From: Schizosaccharomyces osmophilus
Taxonomy: Eukaryota
Length of the DNA: 64,000 nt
Direction: 5' to 3'
NCBI RefSeq assembly: GCF_027921745.1
Contig: NC_079238.1
Span: 4,278,001 to 4,342,000, forward strand
This document shows, piece by piece, positions 55,977-64,000 of the stretch. The notes under the pieces are model-generated. The model worked only from the letters and a program-made list of their open reading frames with translations. It did no database searches and had not been told where the DNA came from. The first letter of the stretch is position 1, and each line of letters opens with the position of its first letter. A program made the position numbers and the translations under genes.

Positions 55977-57479
55977 ATGTCGAAGCTGTCGGTTCTTCTC
56001 GACCCAATTTTTTCCAAAATTTTGGAAAAATACGTGTATTCTTGGTACTATTTGATCAGCAAAGATACACTTTTCCCTTCACAATGTGAACAGGTCAGCA
56101 ACTCAGTTATTTATGAACTCGAAAAGCGCTTGTCCCGTCAAGATTTGACTAATATTTTGTTTCATGAAATTCCCTTTTTGTTAACAGAACATGTCAAAAA
56201 CGTGGAAGAAGCACAACAGAGAACGGTGATTCCGCAAGGACAAATTCTGAACGTTGACAGGATCTACCATAACTTGCATCCTCATATTGCTTTAGACCGA
56301 GAGGAAAACGAACTCATTTATTGTCGTCTAATAATGGAAGATATTTGTCGTCATCTCTTACCTGCCGTCAATGCTAAAAGTGAAATTGAGTATGTTATAT
56401 TGAGGGAAGCTTTGGCTACTCAGGTGTACAAAGCGATTCAAAATTTCTCCGATCATGAAAAAATGTATGAAGGTATCCTTTTACTTTCTAACGCTTTACT
56501 ACGTCCCTCTACAAGTTCTTGGGTGCTCTCTCTTAAACGTTTTTGTTGCTGGGTTTTACGAGCAATTAAAATTATCTCCACTACCAGAACCCTTCCTTAT
56601 TACTCTACTTCTTGGTTCCGCTTTTATTTTCAGTTGTTCACGAAACAAGTTAGTCAAATTCCCTTTGACGAAACAAAGCGGCTGGTTTTTACTACTCTTT
56701 TCTACCCGTGGATCGTGTTGCTGTCTACCTTTTTTTGTGGTATATTAACCTGTTTCTTTATTGCAACAGAATTATATGACAAGGGGGCGCCTGAACGCTG
56801 GTCTACTTTTGTACTGAACGAGATATCTGAAGCTGAAAAAAACGGTGCTTCTGCGCAACATATATCACCCACCACCGGTACAGATTATCGAAGACAAAGT
56901 CAGCCGTCTATTGCCAAAGTTTCACGAAGCCAGCGCAGACAATCGGGTGCTTCGAAAAGTCTTCATGAACTGTCGACGAAATATATCCGTCATGAAGACT
57001 CCAAGCATCAGCAATCAACGCTGTCTCCTGAGAGAAGGAAGCCATCATTATTTATGGATACCATTTCTCCTGACAATAATGCTTCTATAGCTCTATCCAC
57101 AGTAACGTCTACCCCAGTTTTTTCTACATCTCCAAGCCAATCTTCTACTACAACTCGCCATAATTTACTATCTCTTGTTCCTACGCATTTACAGAGCATG
57201 TCAAAGGAAAATATGTCACCGAAAACGAAGCGTAATCGAACGCTTTCGACTCCTGCTGATACGCACAAACGAGATCCATCTTCAAGTATGAATATAATGA
57301 TTTCAAAGCAAGCTGCACTCGAAGCTTATGCTAAACTTCCTCTGTTACCTGCATTGGTTGCACCTGCAAAACTTGCAAGTTTGGTGGATAGTGATTATCG
57401 CAATAAGCACATTTTTTATTCACTCCTAAATACATTAACTGTTGTGATGTTTCCTGAAACGAGAAACGAAGAGTTATGA
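55977..57479 (+). CDS. pxa1: PXA-domain protein Pxa1
   Basis: ILEKYVYSWYYLISKD, YHNLHPHIAL, C-terminal YRNKHIFYSLL..MFPE. Confidence 0.9.
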   Translation: MSKLSVLLDPIFSKILEKYVYSWYYLISKDTLFPSQCEQVSNSVIYELEKRLSRQDLTNILFHEIPFLLTEHVKNVEEAQQRTVIPQGQILNVDRIYHNLHPHIALDREENELIYCRLIMEDICRHLLPAVNAKSEIEYVILREALATQVYKAIQNFSDHEKMYEGILLLSNALLRPSTSSWVLSLKRFCCWVLRAIKIISTTRTLPYYSTSWFRFYFQLFTKQVSQIPFDETKRLVFTTLFYPWIVLLSTFFCGILTCFFIATELYDKGAPERWSTFVLNEISEAEKNGASAQHISPTTGTDYRRQSQPSIAKVSRSQRRQSGASKSLHELSTKYIRHEDSKHQQSTLSPERRKPSLFMDTISPDNNASIALSTVTSTPVFSTSPSQSSTTTRHNLLSLVPTHLQSMSKENMSPKTKRNRTLSTPADTHKRDPSSSMNIMISKQAALEAYAKLPLLPALVAPAKLASLVDSDYRNKHIFYSLLNTLTVVMFPETRNEEL

Positions 57480-57930
57480 TGAAGCTGACCATAAAAATCT
57501 ATGATGAACGATTTACCTTATTTATTGATATAACCCTTTTGTTTTTGGTTTACCATACCTTGTATATGAAATGAGTGAAAGGTGGAGAATCTACTTAATT
57601 CTTATATGAAAGAATGTGTACTTACGAATAAATTTTGCATGACATTTTTATGTACTATACAGTTTGTACTGAAACCTGTCTTCCCACGTAGACTGTAATC
57701 TCAAAGTAAATTCTATAAGAAACTTTTTGAAGAGCAATGAATTTCAAAAAATAGACTCATAATTCTTTTTCAAGTACATTTTAAGAAATTACTGCCTACA
57801 ACACCTCTTCTAACCTATTCATATGGATTAAGACCTTCGTAAGCAAATACGGCCTCAACTGCTCCCAATTTAATCTTTTGCTTCTATCGATTATTTGTAT
57901 TGTTAAAAAAAGGAAAAACTAAAAGGACTG

Positions 57931-58608
57931 ATGTTTAAAACATTCTTATTATTTGGCGTGTCTGCCTTCGCATCTCTTTTTCTGATACTCGTAGGAAGAG
58001 AGTGGTACTGTTCATTGAAAAAGAATGGTCTTAAAAACCCTCATTTGCTCGTCTATTTTGGTTCTGGAGGCCATACGGGAGAAATGATGAATCTGCTTGG
58101 AGCAATTGAAGATCAACAGTATCCGATACGATCCTATGTAGTAGGTGCTGACGACAAGATGAGTTATACAAAAGCAAAAGCTTTAATTTCTACTAAATCT
58201 CATCATAAATCTTCCATTTTCACAATCCCTCGAGCCCGATACGTAAAGCAAGCATGGTTAACGACACCCTTAACAGCTGTGTGGAGCCTTTTATTTTCAA
58301 TTAAAGTGATTTTTTGGAATAAAAACGGTATCCCAGATGTTATTCTTTGCAATGGTCCAGGAACATGCGTATTTTTATGTTTGGAAGGATACGTATCCAA
58401 GGTAAGACAACTTTGATGGTCAATATAGCTAACCACGTAGTTTTTTGGGAAGCGCATTCGGATAGTTTATGTGGAATCGTTTGCAAGAGTAAACAAACTT
58501 TCACTAAGCGGGAAAATACTATTACCGTTTGTTGATCGCTTTTTAGTACAATGGCCAGGCCTTGCACTCAAATATAAAGGTGCCGAATATGTTGGTGTTG
58601 TTGCTTGA
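57931..58608 (+). CDS. alg14: UDP-GlcNAc transferase subunit Alg14; exons 57931-58401, 58441-58608
   Basis: GSGGHTGEM, PRARYVKQ, PDVILCNGPGTC, YVESFARV..LSLSGKIL..FLVQW; intron 58402-58440. Confidence 0.96.
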
Positions 58609-58829
58609 TTAAATGTTTCCTGATATATCCTTGTTAATGCTGTTGTAAATGATACTCTGGTTGTAGTCAAAAGTAGATTAACTACTATTCATGAAATGAT
58701 TGAATTATACAAAATATAGAGTAATTTCTTCATTCCTAGTATTCTAATTAAGTCATTCAGTTTCTCCAAATTGATTTCGATCCAATCTTCCAGTATGATT
58801 ACAAACTCGACGAAACAACTTTTTATGCT

Positions 58830-59652
58830 TTATATACGTACATTCCTTAACTCACAAACACTGAGTAACAAGTTTTTTACATGTTCTAAGTTTGCTTCCG
58901 CTTGTACCATAGCCTTTTGATTATTTGCATCTGCTACATGGGTATACGTATGCAAAAGCCACGCCTGATCTTCTGCTAACGGGTGAAATGGAGGATCTAT
59001 AGAATGCTTTTGCGAAGGAATCAATGTTTGGAATAGCCTGATAGTACAGTTGTTGGACGTATACTTTAAACCTTGTACTAGGTACTCATGAGAAAACCTA
59101 AAGAGAAAGGGGGTTAGACGTTTGTAGCCTTAATAAAAAAATTAGTCGATATCCTTACTCATATCCAAGATTTTCCACGAATTCCATTGGAGAGCCATTT
59201 GTCAGTTTTGCCCGACTAACTGGGCGAATTCCACATCTTCCTTCTCTCTTAGGTTCTGAAGTACCTTCCAAATGGATAGCCCTTAACTTTGTTATTTTTT
59301 TTTCTTTCTAGCTTGCGTACCATTGTGCCCGCTGTATCCAGTCAGACTCATTACTTCCTACCGTGTCTAATTGACCGCACAATCGAAGCCAAGAATCAGG
59401 CTGTCGTGGTAAATTAATGGGAACATCTACAACATTAGTCCTCTTAACATCCAAAGTCAATGCAGTCTTAAAGATTTTCGAGTTGGACCCAAGTGAGGTT
59501 TTTCTCAAATCGTTGCTAAACTTACCTTTTGGTCGATAGACCATCCAGTACTCATAAATTATGTTTGGTTCATTGAATATTTTCAAGAGTGAATTAGCAA
59601 CAATGTCTGATCGTCTAGACGGTATAACTCCTAATAAGTATAGCTCTTGCAT
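58830..59652 (-). CDS. med18: Mediator subunit Med18/Srb5; exons 59652-59526, 59426-59321, 59281-59159, 59097-58830 (207 aa)
   Basis: MQELYLLGVIP, LPRQPDSWLRL, LEGTSEPKRE, FVENLGYEFSHEYL; three introns keep the frame. Confidence 0.9.
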
Positions 59653-60367
59653 TTCATTGTATGTAGAACTAGTTAGAATGTATCGGCCAAAGTTCAGAAA
59701 ATATTTTAATTTCCGGTGTATCAGTTTCCTATAATGATGGCTAGTGATTGTAATAACCCTTCTTTGGTCAATTTAAAAAAGTCGATATCGACGAAAACAG
59801 GTATTCTGCTGTCTTGAACCCTCAGTACCTAAATCTACAAATTTCTGGAAATTCTATGATGAATTATTAAGTGTTTATAAATTGATTAAAACACTTTTAA
59901 CTTAGAAAAAGCTACTTTTAATCAGTTTATGTAGGAAGGTGTTATAAATTATGGCTAATGCTGTATTCTTACAGAACACATCAACATTGGTCAAGTTACC
60001 AACTGGAAAGCATGTTACTGAATGATCCAATCTAGAAACGTTACTAGACACTCAAATATATTCTTTTCAAATATTATCATTAAATATTATCGTTGGCTTG
60101 CCAAGGAAATCTAATATTGCAGAACGCAAACCGGGTTCAAGAGAAACATTAACAAACATAAAGAATTAAACATCAGTGTTATCTAACTTGAAATCATGAG
60201 TATTGAGGTAGTCGAGATTGCCCAAGAATAGAATCGGATAGGAGAACACGTTTAGCCAAATCAAAATTGAGTAATCAAGACCTTTCAACTAAAGGAAGAA
60301 TAAAACTTTAAGGCATTTTTTTGTATGAATAAATAGACCCTTTTAAAAAAGTACATTCAATTGGTTC

Positions 60368-61831
60368 TTATTTTGTCCAATCAACAACCAAAAGACTGGT
60401 AAAAGCAAGAATCAAAGAGTTTGGAGGTGTAAAAATAGCATAAGACCACCAAAGGACTTTTGCACATTCTCTCTCAAAAACCCCGTTCAATTGACATATT
60501 TGGGTAAGTTGAATAGCAGTAGGGCTTCCTACCAAAAGGAAAATAACGACAACAAAAACTGGATCATCCACTGTGCTAATTTTACTAAAGTAAGATAACA
60601 AGGAAAAAGCGGGCAAGATTACCATAGGTACAACCACCATTCGACCGAGCAGACTAACGGCAAGGACGCGTGTGTCGTTTACTTTGGTAGGCTGTTCTGA
60701 ACCCTCTGTCTTTGTAATATCTGTTGCAAGACTAGCACCCAAGACCACCAAAATCAACGGCACAGCAACATCACCTACCATTCGAATACCACTGGTAACA
60801 CTGGACTCGACAAAAGAGCCTGGTTCAAAAAAGAATCTTTGCAAGGGGGGGATAACGGCAATGAAAAGAGCAACAAATAAAGAATATAACGGAGGGCTGA
60901 AGAAGTCTAGTAAAAGAACAACTGCCTTTTTAAACTTGGAGTCCCTAAACTCGGCGTCCTCAGCGGCTACTTGTGCATTTTCAGACTGTGATAACCCACT
61001 AGAAGATGGTAAATTCAAATGACTAATATCTTCGCGTTCGTTGGGGGTCAACAAATTCTCGATTTCTTCCTCATGAGCACTCCTACGGTCCCATAGATGA
61101 TCATAATCTTCATCATCATCAGGTTGGTTGGGTGACAGGAGAATTCTATAACCGTATGACCAACGTAAAGCCTGACCAAGTTGGGAGAAAATTAAAAGAT
61201 ACATAATACCACGAGAAGCCACTTTCTCAGCATTGTCATCGGGAATTTTATCCCATTTAAGACTTTCCACCGTATTCGCCAAGGAAGTAACTAAGGCTAA
61301 AGGAAGAGAGTTGGACTAAAAAGAAGTTGGTTAGCGGCTGAATCCATGTTGTTCTTTTCTTACGTTTTGAAAGGCAATGCATGCGGTAGCAAAATTCCGT
61401 TGTCGACGGCTAAGTCCAAACATACGAGCCATAATGTAAGAAACCAGTATAGAACTAAAATCAGGGTTAGCAAAAAGGAACCAATTCGTAAAAGAGGTAG
61501 AAAGTTCTCACATTGTAGTGATTACCACATAGAAAAGAGGCAGTAAAGAAAGATCAATAAGCATTTTTAGATTCAAGCCATTACCGACTTTTTCAAAAAC
61601 CAGACATGGTGTAAAGAAGTAAACGTTGAGATTGGAAATCGTCTAAATAGGTTAGAGATCAGAGGAAGCAAAAAATGGAGAGAAAGAAATTACCTTTTGA
61701 GCTTCTCTTGACAGGAATCCTTTTTTTGCCAAGATGAATCCTCCAAGAGCGATGACAATGACACCAAGATCACTCTCTAAAATGGGCTTTAAAAGGCCCC
61801 AAACGTCAATTCGACCGAACAGAGAAGACAT
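60368..61831 (-). CDS. Auxin-efflux-carrier (PIN/PILS, Ecm3-like) membrane transporter; exons 61831-61694, 61642-61512, 61454-61364, 61315-60368
   Basis: ISNLNVYFFTPCLVF, FQNSNSLPLAL, ASRGIMYLLIFSQLGQALRWSYG, VPLILVVLGA, SPTAIQLTQICQ; three canonical introns. Confidence 0.9.
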
Positions 61832-64000
61832 GGGAAATGCAGAATAGATCCAATTGTTTAGAAAACTGAAAATAAGAGGCAAGTCCACGAGATTTCACAA
61901 ATAATTCAAAAATCTACAGGGCCAATGGAGGTTGCCTTCAAAAATGAAAATAAAAACGGGAAAGGCTGTCCAACGTGGCAAGTATGATACAAAAAGCCCA
62001 AATCCTTGTTCAAAAAAGAACAACGGCAAAAAGTTTACGTCCTGAAAAAAAGATTCCAATATCTTCGAAACCAAATGTTATTTAAATGAGAAAAACACGC
62101 CAAATTGGTTGAATTGATTATCAAAACGGATGTTGGAGAAGGCAAGCAGGATACCTCCCATGCCTATATTAATACCATCAAGTAGCATTGTCACTTGTCA
62201 GGGAACGAAGGTATAAACAAAGAAACCAAATCTTGAATTCTTCTTTGAAAACTGCTGATAATAAAAGGGAAAAAATATAAAAAAATACTTGCTCTTTTTT
62301 AAAAAAATTGGAGCTGCATTTTCTTTTGGTAAATTGCGATAACACCGGTTTGTTTTCATGGACGGTTATAGAACGACAGCTGAAAAGAGAGAGAGCGAAA
62401 ACATGTAGCATTTATGTATCTTTTGTCAGAAATTAAAGCTGTCTTTAAATCCTCAGAATTATACGGCGGTTACCATTCGGCGTATGTTTATGTCTGGACA
62501 CACTTGATAGAATCAGCGCTTTTACCAGTAAGAGATTGCAAAAAAATAGTTCCAAACAAATATTTGCTATTTGATAATGACTATGCTTTATATGATGGTC
62601 CAGCTTGTGGGAATAGTATAGGCAATATAAAAAACGTTTTCCTATATATCGTATTCATTATTTTGTCGAAATAACATCATACTATACATAAGATGAATTA
62701 CGAACCTGTTCTTGAAACCGGGTTGGAAAGCCAGTCGATCAGGTCTGTAATTGGTAGAAACAAAGAAAATAAAAGTATAATAGTACTTCTTTTTTAAAGG
62801 CTTCGTACGTACGCTGATCGAAAAGTCAAAGTTGTTGTCCCTACCTACTTTTCCCACTGGCTGGATTCATAAACTTGCTGCCATTTTCCCCTCCCAAACT
62901 AAATTAAGAAGAGAATTCTTAATGGACACGTACTGAACTATTCAATTTCCCTTATACCTAACCCAACACTAGCTGTGCATTGTGAAATAATCATCGCAAA
63001 GGTCAGTTTTTTCTTGGTGCCTTTCGGCCATAAATTACAGGGATTTGAAACCCTTTGTAACTTTTTTTGCGCTTTCATAAATTCCATTTTTCTATATTTA
63101 CAGTGCTAACTATCTCTGCGTCACCCTTCCAAATGGAATGCTTTTTTCTTTTGTTGCCAATTCCATCATCCCTCTGCAAGTTCACCATATATATTCTTAC
63201 TTTCGAAGCTGAGATATTTCCTCATATTGATACTTCCATCGTAGAGAAATCGGCAGTCTTGTGATCTTTATTCTTTTTTTTCCATCGATTTATTCAATCA
63301 TTAAGCTGCCTAAGATTCGTTCAAAAAGGCGTTGTCTATTTATTTATTAGGATTTACGAACCAGTATTCAAGCTTGCCTCTCCACACTGGGATTTGCAGT
63401 GTCAAGTTTTTCTTCAGAAAAGCTTCCTGCTGCATTCATTTCTATTTTTTTTCTTTTTGTTTTTTCTTAAAGTCAAAGGACTTTGCTTGGACGCTAGCTA
63501 CTCTTTCCCGTTTACCTCATTTGTAACATTAAAATTTCTCTTGTTTTTCTTTTAGTGAGTTACGTTCGCTTGCTTTACTTAGGGCAACACACTTTCATTT
63601 CGCGCGCTATTGCTTTTTGCACAGTACGTAAATAAACAAACGTACCTCCAACTGAGTGTTGCTTTTCGAAATTTCCCTTGTTTCTTTTGCTTCATTATCT
63701 ATTTATTTATTCAACTAAAGGGACTCCTCTCCTTTTCAAGGATCATTCACTCGTTTTCAACTCGTTGGCTTTGATTGTAAATTATTAGGATTTTCTTGGT
63801 CCTATTCATCTATCATCGATTCTATCCATTTATTTACTCTCCTAGTGTTCTGTTTGTCTCGTAATTCTTTTGTTTAAATTCAATCTCTTACTTTTATTTA
63901 GAGAGTCTAAAAAAACCATTGATTTCTTGGACGAACAATCTGTTTTGTGAATTGTTTTTCTCATTCCATAGGGACGCTTTTATCCAACTAGACGATCCTA

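Overview
Eukaryotic, intron-containing fission-yeast DNA (Schizosaccharomyces, not S. pombe itself; most likely the S. octosporus/osmophilus/cryophilus clade, inferred from diverged orthologues and a five-exon wtf gene beside a 5S rDNA copy). From about 2.5 kb onward the gene order matches my recollection of S. pombe chromosome I cosmids c3A12-c9-c5D6: rpl20, cwf2, atp11, hcr1, cam1, vps53, tRNA-Pro, tim17, cys12, tRNA-Gly, zwf1, a GNAT acetyltransferase, brr2, fml1, an MtnB/adducin-like gene, rbg1, a steroid reductase, met26, thi9, tRNA-Met, an uncharacterised gene, atp12, cwf16, vps74, mtf2, mug86, mes1, pxa1, alg14, med18 and an auxin-efflux-family transporter. Spliced models were built by hand from splice and branch signals and keep their reading frames. 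The accessory part is the first 2.3 kb: an apparently intact wtf poison-antidote meiotic-driver gene (5' end cut by the window), a convergent decayed gene that may be a wag pseudogene, and a degenerate 5S rDNA. Other points of interest are a hairpin in the calmodulin intron that hides all decoy AGs between a distant branch point and the 3' splice site, an MtnB paralogue lacking its three zinc-binding histidines, a GC-rich 16-bp inverted repeat in the mtf2-mug86 intergenic region, and an exon-like relic inside zwf1 intron 2. No database search was run; orthology calls come from recognised protein motifs and recalled synteny.
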